A DNA stretch of 64,000 bases from an uncultured Verrucomicrobiae bacterium (lineage in GTDB: Bacteria; Verrucomicrobiota; Verrucomicrobiia; Limisphaerales; Palsa-1400), in the NCBI GenBank assembly GCA_963707025.1, contig CAVPOM010000011.1, positions 1 to 64,000 on the forward strand, given 5' to 3'. This document shows, piece by piece, positions 31,909 through 41,457 of this stretch. The notes under the pieces are model-generated. The model was not told the DNA's origin. It did not search any database and worked only from the letters and a program-made list of their open reading frames with translations. The translations under genes and the position numbers were made by a program. The first letter of the stretch is position 1. Every line of letters starts with the position of its first letter.

Positions 31909-33317
31909 ATGCGGGCCAAGGCATTCCTGGCCGCCTGGCTGTTCCTGGCGGCGGCTCTGGCCGCGCCCGCGGCCGATTCGACCAACTCCGCCCGCGACAC
32001 CTTGCTGCTGTGCAACGGCGACTCGCTGGAAGGGGGTTTGCTCTCCATTGACGCGCGCCAGGTTGTCCACTGGAAACACGCGGATGTGGCCGAACCGATC
32101 GAATTCAAACTGGAGGGCGTTTCCCAGCTTGACCTCCACCCGCCCGCGCCGCCGGACCGGGGCAGCAACTATCCCTGCAAAGTATTCCTGACCCAGGGCG
32201 ACGTGCTGGAGGCAAGCCTGGTTTCCTGCACGCGGGACACCCTTTGCCTCCAGACCTGGTATGCCGGTCCATTGAAAATTCCGCGCAAACAAGTGCAATC
32301 GGTTTATTTCTTCCCAACCACGCCGGATATTTTCAACGCCATCGGGCCGGAGGGTTGGACGCAAGGCGCGGTGACGGGGGCATTGGCCGGGGCGGTCCCG
32401 GGGTCGAGGCGGGCCAATGGACCTTTCGCGATGGCGCGTTCTATGCCGCCAAATCCGCCTCCATTGCCCGCGACATCAAGCTGCCGGACACGGCCGACCT
32501 CCAGTTTGACCTGGCTTGGAGCAGCAACCTCACTCTTTCCGTCGCCCTCTATACCGATTCACTCCAGCCCATCCTCATCGCCGACAAGGATAGCGCGCCT
32601 AAATTTGGCGCCTTCTACAGCATGCGTTTTCAACAATTGTTTGTGGAGGTGGCGCGGATCAAACAAAGGGTGGAGCTTGTTTCCCTGCCCCCGGCGGTCG
32701 TGCCCGCCTTTTCTCAAACCAACCGCGTCCACATTGAGATCCGCGCCCGCAAGAAATCCAACACCCTGGCCCTGGCGGTGGACGGCCAGTGGCTCCAGGT
32801 CTGGAATGACACCAATGGTTTTGTGGGAGAAGGCACCGGGGTGCGATTCGTCCATAACGGCATGGGCCAGGTCAAAGTCAGCAACCTGCGCCTGGCCCCT
32901 TGGGACGGCGTGTGGGAGGCCGATCAAACCAATGTTCCGCCCTCCGACCAGGACGTCGCCTGGCTGACCAACACCACCACCCTGGCCGGCGTGATCGAAT
33001 CGCTCGCCGACGGCAAGATGACCCTGCGCGGCAAACGCGACAAGGTGGAGGTCCCGCTCGGCCGGGTCCGGCGCCTGGCCTTCGCCCCGCCGCAGGACGA
33101 ACCGGCCCGGGAATTGCCTGGAACCGTCCATGCCATTTTCGCGCATGGCGGCCCGGTCACTTTTCAATTGGAAAGCTGGGCCGCCGACGGAGTCAACCTG
33201 CGCAGTCCTGTTTTTGGCCAAGCCAAATTCGACCCGAATGCCTTCCGCCGGCTCGTTTTTCACCCCCTGGACACCATCGCCGGCGAGGGCACCAACGGCG
33301 GAACCGGTTTGCGTTAA
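31909..33317 (+). CDS. Secreted hypothetical protein, paralog of 30204 (frameshift near 32405)
   Basis: MRAKAFLAAW signal; DTLLLCNGDSLEG, QTWYAGPLKIPR, WTFRDG, FQLESW...FGQAKF. Confidence 0.7.
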
Positions 33318-33584
33318 TCAAGGTGACTTTATCCCTGCTTGCAACAATCGTCGAAGCTCCAGCGAACTTCGAGGCTTGCATGAAAGGCCTCTCTTGAACT
33401 GCAATCCCACAGAACCACCCATTTCCGACAAGATTCTCAGTCCGCTGTATTACGGGGGAATATCCAATGTCGGGGGAATGATTGTCAGGGGAATGGGAAA
33501 AAACAATGTCAGGTTTATTCCCCTGACATCTCCCCTGTCTTTTCCATTTTCGCAGGTAACGCTTCCTGGACGCACCGGCGCGGC

Positions 33585-34163
33585 TCACTGGCGGCGGCGC
33601 CACCAGAACATCCGCTCCAGATTGGTCCGGTTCGGGTAGGAACGCGGGACCCATTCCTCCAGCAAATCAAATTGCGGCGAAAACCGCTCCCAGATTTCCG
33701 CCCGCGTCGTGCCAAAGGGCGGACCCTCCGTGTCGGGGATCAAATAATGCACGGCCAGGAAGTCGCCGCCGGGCTTGAGCCAGCGCCGCACGGCCGCCAC
33801 ATAATCCCCGCGCCGGCCGGGATCAATGGCGCAAAAAAGCGTGTGCTCGAAAATCCAATCGAACGGCCGCGGCGGTGTGTCGCTCAGAAAATCGGCCAGG
33901 ATGAATTCGGCGGACAAGCCGGCGGCGCGCGTCTTTTCGGCCGCCAGACGGACGGCGCTGGGGGAAATGTCGCAGCCCGTCGCGGCCAATCCCGCCCCGG
34001 CCCAGACGCGCGCATCGTGCCCCGTGCCGCAGCCCGGCACCAGCACCGTGCCGCGCGCCAACTGCGGCCGGGCCGCCAAAAAATCCACCAGGCCGGGCGC
34101 GGCCTCGCCCTTTTCCCACGGCATGTCGCCGGTTTGATAACGTTCTTCCCAATCGGTTGGCAT
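33585..34163 (-). CDS. Thiopurine S-methyltransferase-family SAM methyltransferase
   Basis: WEERYQTGDMPWEKG, VLVPGCGTGHD, FEHTLFCAIDP, GPPFG. Confidence 0.88.
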   Translation of the reverse strand: MPTDWEERYQTGDMPWEKGEAAPGLVDFLAARPQLARGTVLVPGCGTGHDARVWAGAGLAATGCDISPSAVRLAAEKTRAAGLSAEFILADFLSDTPPRPFDWIFEHTLFCAIDPGRRGDYVAAVRRWLKPGGDFLAVHYLIPDTEGPPFGTTRAEIWERFSPQFDLLEEWVPRSYPNRTNLERMFWWRRRQ

Positions 34164-34211
34164 GTGGATGGCCTGATTCCAGCGACGGTCATAGACCGCC
34201 GCTACAGCCTG

Positions 34212-34937
34212 CTACGATGCGGCGATGGTTCCGTCAACCAACTCCACCACCCGCGGGGCGCGCGCGGCGATCCTGGCGTCGTGCGTGGCCATGATCAGCG
34301 TGGCCCGCCGCTCCTCGCGCAGCGCGCAGAGCAAATGGATGATCTCCTCGCCGGTGTGCGAATCCAGGTTGCCGGTGGGTTCATCGGCCAGGATCAAATC
34401 CGGCTGGTTGACCAGCGCGCGGGCGATGGCCACCCGTTGTTGTTCGCCGCCGGACAATTCGTAGGGCCGGTGCTCCAGGCGCGCGCCCAAACCGACCCGC
34501 TGGAGCAACTCGCGTCCCCGCGCCGCCGCTTCCTTGCGGGCCAGGCGCGCCATCCGCGCCGGCAGGGCCACATTTTCCAGCGCGCTCAATTCGGGCAGCA
34601 AATGGTAGGCCTGAAAAACAAAACCGACGCGGCGGTTGCGCAGCCGGGCCAGGGCGCGGGCGGGCAGGGCGCGCAGATCGGCTCCGTCAAATATAATTTC
34701 TCCGGCGTTGGGCAGGTCCAGCCCGCCCAGCAGGTGCAGCAGCGTGCTTTTCCCCGCCCCGGACGCGCCGCGCAGGGCCAGGAACTCGCCGCGCTGCACC
34801 GTCAGGGCAATGTCCCGCAGGACCTCCAGCCAGCGCCGGCCCATGAGATAGGACTTGCCCACCCCGCGCGCCGTCAGGATCGGTCCGCGCGCCGTCGCCG
34901 GCGCCAGGGCCGGCGGTTCCGGGCAGGCCTCATTCAT
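34212..34937 (-). CDS. lolD: Lipoprotein-releasing ABC transporter ATPase
   Basis: GASGAGKSTLLHLLGGLD, ELSGGEQQRVAIARAL, ADEPTGNLD; coupled to lolC/E. Confidence 0.88.
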   Translation of the reverse strand: MNEACPEPPALAPATARGPILTARGVGKSYLMGRRWLEVLRDIALTVQRGEFLALRGASGAGKSTLLHLLGGLDLPNAGEIIFDGADLRALPARALARLRNRRVGFVFQAYHLLPELSALENVALPARMARLARKEAAARGRELLQRVGLGARLEHRPYELSGGEQQRVAIARALVNQPDLILADEPTGNLDSHTGEEIIHLLCALREERRATLIMATHDARIAARAPRVVELVDGTIAAS

Positions 34938-36201
34938 GGCGCAGCGCCTCCACCGGTTGCAGACGGCTGGCCTTCCAGGCGGGAAACAGCCCGGCCAAAA
35001 CACAGGCGCAAAAGGCCGTCCCGCAAATCAATAAAATGTCGCCGGTTTCAATCGAATAGGGCAAGTCATAGACCTGGTAAATGGAGGGGGGGAGCAAATA
35101 GATGTGGGTAACATCGCGCATGAAATGGAGAAACTCATTGAGATAATGCAAGGCCAGGTTGGCCAAGCCAAACCCCAGCCCGACGCCCAGGATCCCGACC
35201 ACCACGCTTTGGCTGAGAAACAGCGCCAGCACCTGCCCGTTGCTCGCGCCCAGCGCCTTGAGAATGCCGATCTCGCGGGTTTTTTGCACGACGAACGTGA
35301 TCTGGCTGCTCACAATCCCAAAGGCGGCCACGATCATGATAAAAAACAGCAGGATAAACATCATGTTCTTCTCCACGGCCAGCGCGTTGAAAATATCGGG
35401 CGAATCCTGCCGCCAGGTCACCAGGCGCAGGGGTTCCTTGAGCGCGGCCTGCAATTCGCCCGCCACGCTGTCCACGCGGAATTCGTCCCGCAATTTCACC
35501 TTGATCCCGGTTACGCTGTCCTCCGGCAACTCAAAGACACGGGCTGCGTCTTCCAGCGACGCTACCAGATGGGTTCTGTTATAGATGGGAAAACCCACGT
35601 CAAAAATACCCCGCACCGTAAATTCCGATGGCAGGACCACCTCTGCGTTGGTCTTGCGGGCGGCGTCCGCCATTTTTTTCAGGCTGCGCCCAGAATAGAT
35701 CGCCAGGCGGTCGCCCACTTGGAGGCGCAGATAATCCGCCAAGTCGCTCCCCACCAGCAAACCCTTGTCGCCCACGTCAAATTTGCCATTGGTGATGCTG
35801 CTGGGCAGCACCGTGACGCTCCCCTCGCTGCCCGGATCAATTCCATCCAGGATCGCCGCGGCATAGTTGGAGTCGTCCACGCTCTGCTCGGTTTGGGCCA
35901 CGACCTCGCCGGTAATAAACGGCGCCACGCCCACAACCTCGGGCTGGCGGGTGATCTCCTTGAGCAACACCGGGTAATTGGTCATGGCGGAGTAGTCGGA
36001 GTTGTAAACCTTGAGATGCGCGTTGAAGCCCAGGATGCGAGTGCGCCATTCCTGGTCAAAACCGCTCATCACGGCGATGACCACGATCAACACCGCCACG
36101 CCCAGCAAAACCCCGATCACCGAGATGACCGTAATGACAGAAACAAACGTCCGCCGCGGACGCAAATAGCGCAGCGCCAAAAATGCCTCAAAGGGCGGCA
36201 T
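34930..36201 (-). CDS. LolC/E-family ABC permease
   Basis: ALRYLR...SVIGVLLGVAVLIVVIAVMSGF, KTREIGILKALGA, PAWKASRLQPVEALRHE. Confidence 0.9.
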   Translation of the reverse strand: MPPFEAFLALRYLRPRRTFVSVITVISVIGVLLGVAVLIVVIAVMSGFDQEWRTRILGFNAHLKVYNSDYSAMTNYPVLLKEITRQPEVVGVAPFITGEVVAQTEQSVDDSNYAAAILDGIDPGSEGSVTVLPSSITNGKFDVGDKGLLVGSDLADYLRLQVGDRLAIYSGRSLKKMADAARKTNAEVVLPSEFTVRGIFDVGFPIYNRTHLVASLEDAARVFELPEDSVTGIKVKLRDEFRVDSVAGELQAALKEPLRLVTWRQDSPDIFNALAVEKNMMFILLFFIMIVAAFGIVSSQITFVVQKTREIGILKALGASNGQVLALFLSQSVVVGILGVGLGFGLANLALHYLNEFLHFMRDVTHIYLLPPSIYQVYDLPYSIETGDILLICGTAFCACVLAGLFPAWKASRLQPVEALRHE

Positions 36202-36212
36202 CCGGACCGGGA

Positions 36213-36794
36213 TTACGGTTGGGCCGGCGGAATATCAATGGGGTGAAAGGGCTCGCCAAAACGGCCGTAATCGAAGCGATCAATGTTGTAATCATCCATG
36301 TCCACCACCCGCAGATAACGGTAGCGCAGGACCACCGTCCCGTCCTCCACCTTTTCCGGCACGCCATAGACGATGGCCAGCTTGCCGGGGCTGGCGAAGC
36401 TTTCCGCCGCGTCGCTGCCGGCCATCGGGTCGTTGCGGCGCAACACCCAGTCCGTGCAGAACAGACCTTCGCCGTGCGAGGAGACGTTGAGTTGCACCTC
36501 GCCGAAGCAGCGGTCCTCCTCCCAGTTAAAATAATGATGCTCGAACGTCGTCTTCGCATGAATCAAGCCGTCCTTCCCCGTCTCCGCATCGGTGTGGAGG
36601 ATGATCCCGGCCCAGCCCACGCCGGCGTTGGTGTATAAATCCAGGTTCTGGCGGATGTCGCCCGGATAAATATCCAGCTTGTCCTTGATGATCTCCGTGT
36701 TCTCCGGCCGGGTGGCGGCCAGATAGGTCACATCGGTGGCGCAGGCGAAAAGAAAGGGCACGGCGCCCAGGAGCAGAGCGATAAGGCGATTCAT
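36213..36794 (-). CDS. Putative lipoprotein (weakly Slp-like)
   Basis: Lipobox FLFAC; WAGII...PGKLAIVYG. Confidence 0.65.
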   Translation of the reverse strand: MNRLIALLLGAVPFLFACATDVTYLAATRPENTEIIKDKLDIYPGDIRQNLDLYTNAGVGWAGIILHTDAETGKDGLIHAKTTFEHHYFNWEEDRCFGEVQLNVSSHGEGLFCTDWVLRRNDPMAGSDAAESFASPGKLAIVYGVPEKVEDGTVVLRYRYLRVVDMDDYNIDRFDYGRFGEPFHPIDIPPAQP

Positions 36795-36925
36795 AAATTT
36801 ATTCAGTTTTCGGCAAAACCAGCGCGAGGACCGGCGGCAGTGAGTTGCCGCGCGTCCGGCCAGCCTTGACCAGAATAAACCTACCTCATCCGCGCTTATA
36901 TTTCCACAATTCTTTTTAGGGGCCC

Positions 36926-37771
36926 TTATTTCGCCAAGGCCCGCAGCCTGGCCAGGTTTTCCACGTCTTCGTGCAGGTCTTCCGATTTGGGGGTTTCCAG
37001 GCAGCCGGGGGACGCCGGAAAACGGGCGTCGTTGACGAGGTGGCGGAAGCCGGCCAAACCGATTTTGCCCTGGCCGATGTGCTCATGGCGGTCCACCCGC
37101 GAGCCGAGGCCGGTTTTGGAATCATTGAGGTGAAAGGCCAGAATTTCCTTGCGGCCGATCAGCTTGTCCACCTTCCGAATGGCCGCGTCCCAGCCCTTGC
37201 CCGTCCGCAAATCGAATCCCGCCGCAAAAAAGTGGGCCGTGTCCAGGCAAAGGCCCAGCCTTTCCGGCTGCCGGACCGCGTCGAAAATCGCCGCCAGGTG
37301 CTCGATTTTGTGGCCGAGGCACGTGCCCTGGCCGGCGGTGTTTTCCAGCGCCAGGCGCACGCCCGAGTTTTTCGTTTTGGCCAGGACCTCATCCAGTCCC
37401 GCCACGATGAGTTCCAGCCCGCGCGCCTCGCCCGCGCCCAGGTGCGCGCCCGGATGCAGGACCAAAAACGGCAGCCCCAGCGCGGCGGCGCAGGAAATTT
37501 CCTGGAGCAACGATTGCAGCGAGCGGGCGCGGTTGGGCGAAGGCGGCCCGCCCAGGTTGATGAGGTAGCCGGCGTGGCCGAAGACTACCTTGAAGCCGGC
37601 CCGCGCCCGTGCCGCGGCAAAGGCCGCCGCCTCGTCCGGCCCCGGCGGTTTGCCCAGCCACTGCATGTTATTCTTGACAAAAATCTGGACCACTTCGCAG
37701 CCGAGGGACGCCCCGCGTTGCAGCGCCGTGCCAAGCCCCCCGGCCGTGGAACAGTGCGCGCCAAAAATCAT
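36926..37771 (-). CDS. nfo: Endonuclease IV
   Basis: GAHCSTAGG, HAGYLINL, ENTAGQG, CLDTAH, HLNDSK, DRHEHIGQG, LETP. Confidence 0.95.
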   Translation of the reverse strand: MIFGAHCSTAGGLGTALQRGASLGCEVVQIFVKNNMQWLGKPPGPDEAAAFAAARARAGFKVVFGHAGYLINLGGPPSPNRARSLQSLLQEISCAAALGLPFLVLHPGAHLGAGEARGLELIVAGLDEVLAKTKNSGVRLALENTAGQGTCLGHKIEHLAAIFDAVRQPERLGLCLDTAHFFAAGFDLRTGKGWDAAIRKVDKLIGRKEILAFHLNDSKTGLGSRVDRHEHIGQGKIGLAGFRHLVNDARFPASPGCLETPKSEDLHEDVENLARLRALAK

Positions 37772-37883
37772 GCGGGAATAGTGGATGAGACAAGGGTTTA
37801 GGCAATGGCGTTTTTTACGGATCCCAAACATTTTTTTCCAAATCAAACTGGATCTAATCCCATGACTTGCGCAAACTCTCTCC

Positions 37884-38474
37884 GTGAGCACAGATAAGTT
37901 GCCGCGGTTTATTCGGGAGAATTACGAGTTGCACGAGTGGCGGCACGCCACGGCAATTCTGCAAAACGACTTTCCGGGAGAATACGCTGACGTGGTTGGT
38001 GTGTTAAGCAGGTTGAGGTTACGAAGGAGCTGGATTCAGGTCGGTGGCGGCAACAAAACCGAACTTGCCAAGTGGATAGATAAAGAACTGGGGCTGAAGG
38101 GGTGGATACCGAAGAATTTCGACACCAAGATTTCAGTGGACGGCGTGGAAACTCTATCTCCTACGCATGAAATCAACTGCTTCAAAAATCGGGTCGCGTT
38201 GGAACTGGAGTGGAATAACAAGGACCCATTTTTCGACCGGGATTTGAACAACTTTCGGCTGCTGTTCGATCTTCGTGCCATCTCGGTCGGAATTATCCTC
38301 ACACGCTGCGATGAATTGCAGGAGATTTTCAACCAACTCGGCCGTGGTTCCTCTTACGGGAATTCGACAACACACATTTCCAAACTTGTGCCTCGAATTC
38401 TCGGTGGTGGTGGGGCAGGCTGTCCGTTATTGGTTTTTGGCATGAGGAAATCGTTGTATGAACCAGATAATTAG
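37884..38474 (+). CDS. BglII/BstYI-family restriction endonuclease-like protein
   Basis: SPTHEINCFKNRVALELEWNNKDPFFDRDL, GGGAGCP. Confidence 0.82.
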   Translation: MSTDKLPRFIRENYELHEWRHATAILQNDFPGEYADVVGVLSRLRLRRSWIQVGGGNKTELAKWIDKELGLKGWIPKNFDTKISVDGVETLSPTHEINCFKNRVALELEWNNKDPFFDRDLNNFRLLFDLRAISVGIILTRCDELQEIFNQLGRGSSYGNSTTHISKLVPRILGGGGAGCPLLVFGMRKSLYEPDN

Positions 38475-39114
38475 CCCGGCACAAGATTTGCTAAAACAGG
38501 TTCACGGTCAATACGCGACCATACTCGCTGACCCACCCTGGCGTTTCGCTAATCGCACTGGCAAAATGGCGCCAGAGCACAAGCGGTTGCTCCGCTACCC
38601 GACCATGAGCCTTGATGAGATAAAGGGCCTGCCGGTCGCAGCATTGGCGGCGCCCAAAGCGCATTTGTACCTCTGGGTGCCGAATGCTTTGCTGAATTGG
38701 GGTTTGGAGGTGGTGCAGGCGTGGGGTTTTGAATACAAGACCACCATCACTTGGTATAAGACCCGCAAAGATGGCGGGCCGGACGGTCGCGGCGTCGGGT
38801 TCTATTTTCGCAATGTGACTGAATTGCTTTTGTTTGGAGTGAAGGGCAAGAACAATCGTACTTTAAAACCGGGCCGCACCCAGACCAACATCATTGTGAC
38901 TCGCAAGCGGGAGCATTCCCGCAAGCCGGATGAACTTTACCCGATCATCGAATCCTGTTCTCCCGGCCCTCGGTTGGAGCTTTTTGCTCGATTCAAGCGA
39001 GCGGGGTGGCGGCAGTGGGGCAATGAGGATGTAGAACAAAACGCAGAAGAAGGAGTCGCCCTTCGAAACGGGCACTCCGCAGAACTGGTGTCTGTTCCTG
39101 GTGGTTTCTGGTAA
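38458..39114 (+). CDS. MT-A70-family adenine methyltransferase
   Basis: ADPPW, HLYLWVPN, WGFEYK, REHSRKP, LELFAR. Confidence 0.92.
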   Translation: MNQIISPAQDLLKQVHGQYATILADPPWRFANRTGKMAPEHKRLLRYPTMSLDEIKGLPVAALAAPKAHLYLWVPNALLNWGLEVVQAWGFEYKTTITWYKTRKDGGPDGRGVGFYFRNVTELLLFGVKGKNNRTLKPGRTQTNIIVTRKREHSRKPDELYPIIESCSPGPRLELFARFKRAGWRQWGNEDVEQNAEEGVALRNGHSAELVSVPGGFW

Positions 39115-39170
39115 TTCGGTTGCCTTGCCTCTCAGCTTTCGGCTGACATCGAGGCGCTGTAGAACATCCG

Positions 39171-39444
39171 CTAAAGTCTCTCTGGCGTTTGCAGCAAGGA
39201 CGCCACGCGCGCCAGCAGGCGGCCCGCCCCGCCGCCGTCCAGCACGCGGTGGTCGAAACTCAGGGTCAAATTCGCCTCTGTTACCGGAATAAATTGCTGC
39301 TTCTGCTCATCCCAGTGAGGAACTTTTTTGCCCGCGCCCACGCCCAGCACCAGGGTTTATTCGGGCAGTGGAATGGGCGTGGCCCAGGTCAGGCCGAAAG
39401 TGCCGAAATTAGTCACCGTGGCAAACTGACCCGCTGGCGTCATT
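39171..39444 (-). pseudogene. Orphan diverged copy of the last ~275 bp of the E2 acyltransferase gene (40044-40319)
   Basis: Direct repeat of the E2 3' end with mostly third-position changes, a CAA>TAA stop near 39358 and indels near 39425. Confidence 0.92.
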
Positions 39445-39506
39445 TTATAACCCTTGACAACTCGAAGCAACCATTCACTCTAAGCGCACTCTGAATCCAA
39501 ACCAGA

Positions 39507-39752
39507 ATGAACGCAGGGTTGAGATTTACTTTAACAAGACATTTTTGTATCCGGTTGTCGGAAAGAAAGTTAAGTGTTGATGATGTCAAAGCGGTTGTTC
39601 GCTCCCCATCAGACCAGAAGTTCTTGAAAAAGGGCATACATGGCGGTAAATTAAGCCGATTCAGGAAGACATCGAGCGGCAAAACGCTCGTGGTGATTGC
39701 TGAGATTAGGAATGGAGAATGCTGGATCGCCACTGCATATTATGAGAATTGA
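39507..39752 (+). CDS. DUF4258-like (RelE-fold) putative toxin
   Basis: FTLTRHFCIRLSERKLSVDDV...LVVIAE...WIATAY; overlaps a DUF2283 gene. Confidence 0.7.
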   Translation: MNAGLRFTLTRHFCIRLSERKLSVDDVKAVVRSPSDQKFLKKGIHGGKLSRFRKTSSGKTLVVIAEIRNGECWIATAYYEN

Positions 39753-40047
39753 GCGTCACACATTGATGGTCACGAGCACGGCCCCGCCAACGATCGAAGT
39801 TGACCGGGAAGCGGCGGCAGTTTATGTGCGATTCAAGAGGGCATCTGTCGCCAAGACGGTGACTCGGCCCTGTGAATCAATGAATATCGCCATTGATTTG
39901 GATGCGAAAGGAGAAGTCATTGGAATTGAAGCCGTGGGGTTGACTGAATTCTCAATACAGTCCATTTTGGAAAAGGCCTGCGTGCAAGCTCCCAAGACAG
40001 ACTTTTCCCGCGCTCAATACATCCCTGCCGATCTTGTGGCGGCCTAA
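39742..40047 (+). CDS. DUF2283 putative antitoxin
   Basis: DREAAAVYVRF...IAIDLDAKGEVIGIE. Confidence 0.8.
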   Translation: MRIERHTLMVTSTAPPTIEVDREAAAVYVRFKRASVAKTVTRPCESMNIAIDLDAKGEVIGIEAVGLTEFSIQSILEKACVQAPKTDFSRAQYIPADLVAA

Positions 40048-41249
40048 AGTCTCTCTGGCGTTTGCAGCAAGGACGCCACGCGCGCCAGCAGGCGGCCGGC
40101 GGCGCCGCCGTCCAGCACGCGGTGGTCGAAACTCAGGGTCAAATTCGCCTCTGTCACCGGGACAAATTGTTGCTTCTCCTCGTCCCAGAATGGAACTTTT
40201 TTGCCCGCGCCCACGCCCAGCACCAGGGTTTGTTCGGGCAGCGGAATGGGCGTGGCCCAAGTCAGGCCGAAGGTGCCGAAATTTGTCACCGTGGCAATGG
40301 AACCGCCGGTGGCGTCGTTGGGCAGGCGTCGTTGCCGGGCCAGTTTGACCAGTTCATTGTAACGCCCCACCAATTCGCCCAGCCGGCGGCTGTCGGCGTG
40401 GCGCAGCACCGGCACGAGCACGCCCTCCTCCGCTTCCACTGCGAAACCGACATCAATGGCCGGGGGATGGACGATTTGATTTCCGATCAGGCGGCCGGCG
40501 GGCGCGCTGTTTTCCGCCAGGGCCAGGGCCAGCGCCCGCAGCAAATAAAGGGCCGGCCCGGCTTTGACGGCGCTGTTTTTGCGATGGGCCATCATCGCCT
40601 CCAGGTTGCAGGGCAGCGCCACGGTGGCCAGGGGCCGCGTCCAGCTCCGCCGCATGGCGTCGGCCACCGCCACGCGCATGCTGGAGGCGCTGGTCAGCTT
40701 GTTCCGCTCCAACTGCTCCAGGAATTTCTCAAAATCCTGGATGGTCACCCGCCCGCCCGCGCCGCTCCCGGCCAGCCCCGCCAAATCCGCCGCGTGCATG
40801 CCCAGTTCCGCCATGCGCGCTTTCATGCGGGGCGACATATAACTGGCGCCCGCCGCGTGCGCCGGCACCGGCAATCCGCGCACGGTCGGTTGCACGCTTC
40901 GTTTTCTGCCCTCGTCGCTCGATTCGGTTTCGTTGGCCGCGCCCTGTCCGGGCGGGCCGCCCTGGCTGGAGCCGTGTTGATCCAGTCCCAGGCGCCGGGC
41001 ATCCTCGTCGGTCGCCTCCAAATAGCCCAGCACCGCGCCCACCGGATAGCTTTCATTGAGTTTGACCAGGAGCCGGTCCACTTTGCCGGGGCAGGGCGAG
41101 GCCACATTCATGGTCGCCTTGTTGGTTTCCACCTCGATGACATCCTGGTCCACGGCGACTTGATCGCCCACCTGGATATGAAAGGCAATGACGGTGGCTT
41201 CGGCGATGGCTTCGCCCAACTGCGGCATGATGATGGGAATTTGCGGCAT
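40044..41249 (-). CDS. 2-oxoacid dehydrogenase E2 (dihydrolipoamide acyltransferase)
   Basis: Lipoyl domain EVETNKA, GSGAGGRVT, TNFGTFG, SFDHRVLDG. Confidence 0.92.
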   Translation of the reverse strand: MPQIPIIMPQLGEAIAEATVIAFHIQVGDQVAVDQDVIEVETNKATMNVASPCPGKVDRLLVKLNESYPVGAVLGYLEATDEDARRLGLDQHGSSQGGPPGQGAANETESSDEGRKRSVQPTVRGLPVPAHAAGASYMSPRMKARMAELGMHAADLAGLAGSGAGGRVTIQDFEKFLEQLERNKLTSASSMRVAVADAMRRSWTRPLATVALPCNLEAMMAHRKNSAVKAGPALYLLRALALALAENSAPAGRLIGNQIVHPPAIDVGFAVEAEEGVLVPVLRHADSRRLGELVGRYNELVKLARQRRLPNDATGGSIATVTNFGTFGLTWATPIPLPEQTLVLGVGAGKKVPFWDEEKQQFVPVTEANLTLSFDHRVLDGGAAGRLLARVASLLQTPERL

Positions 41250-41258
41250 GGCTACAGG

Positions 41259-41437
41259 GGAATGGAGTGGTGGAGGAGGGAAATGGAGTGGTGGAGGGGG
41301 GCAAGGGAGTGATGGAGTGATGGAGTAATGGGGGGATGGAACAATTCCAGCACTCCAACACTCCAATACTCCAACACTCCGTCATTGGGGTGAGGGGCAA
41401 ATCCCAGCACTCCAACACTCCACCACTCCACCACTCC
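41259..41437. repeat. Inverted octamer arrays (GGAGTRRT)n / (AYYACTCC)n; the same motif occurs at 8190-8211 and 59563-59630
   Basis: ggagtgatggagtgatggagtaatgg ... cactccaacactccaatactccaacactcc. Confidence 0.85.
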
Positions 41438-41457
41438 GTTTGTCTGGGTCGTCTTCT

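Noticed and set aside
39171..40319. DGR template/variable repeat pair (also considered for the gcvP copies)
   Set aside because: Differences fall at third codon positions and involve all bases rather than being adenine-specific; there is no DGR RT or Avd.
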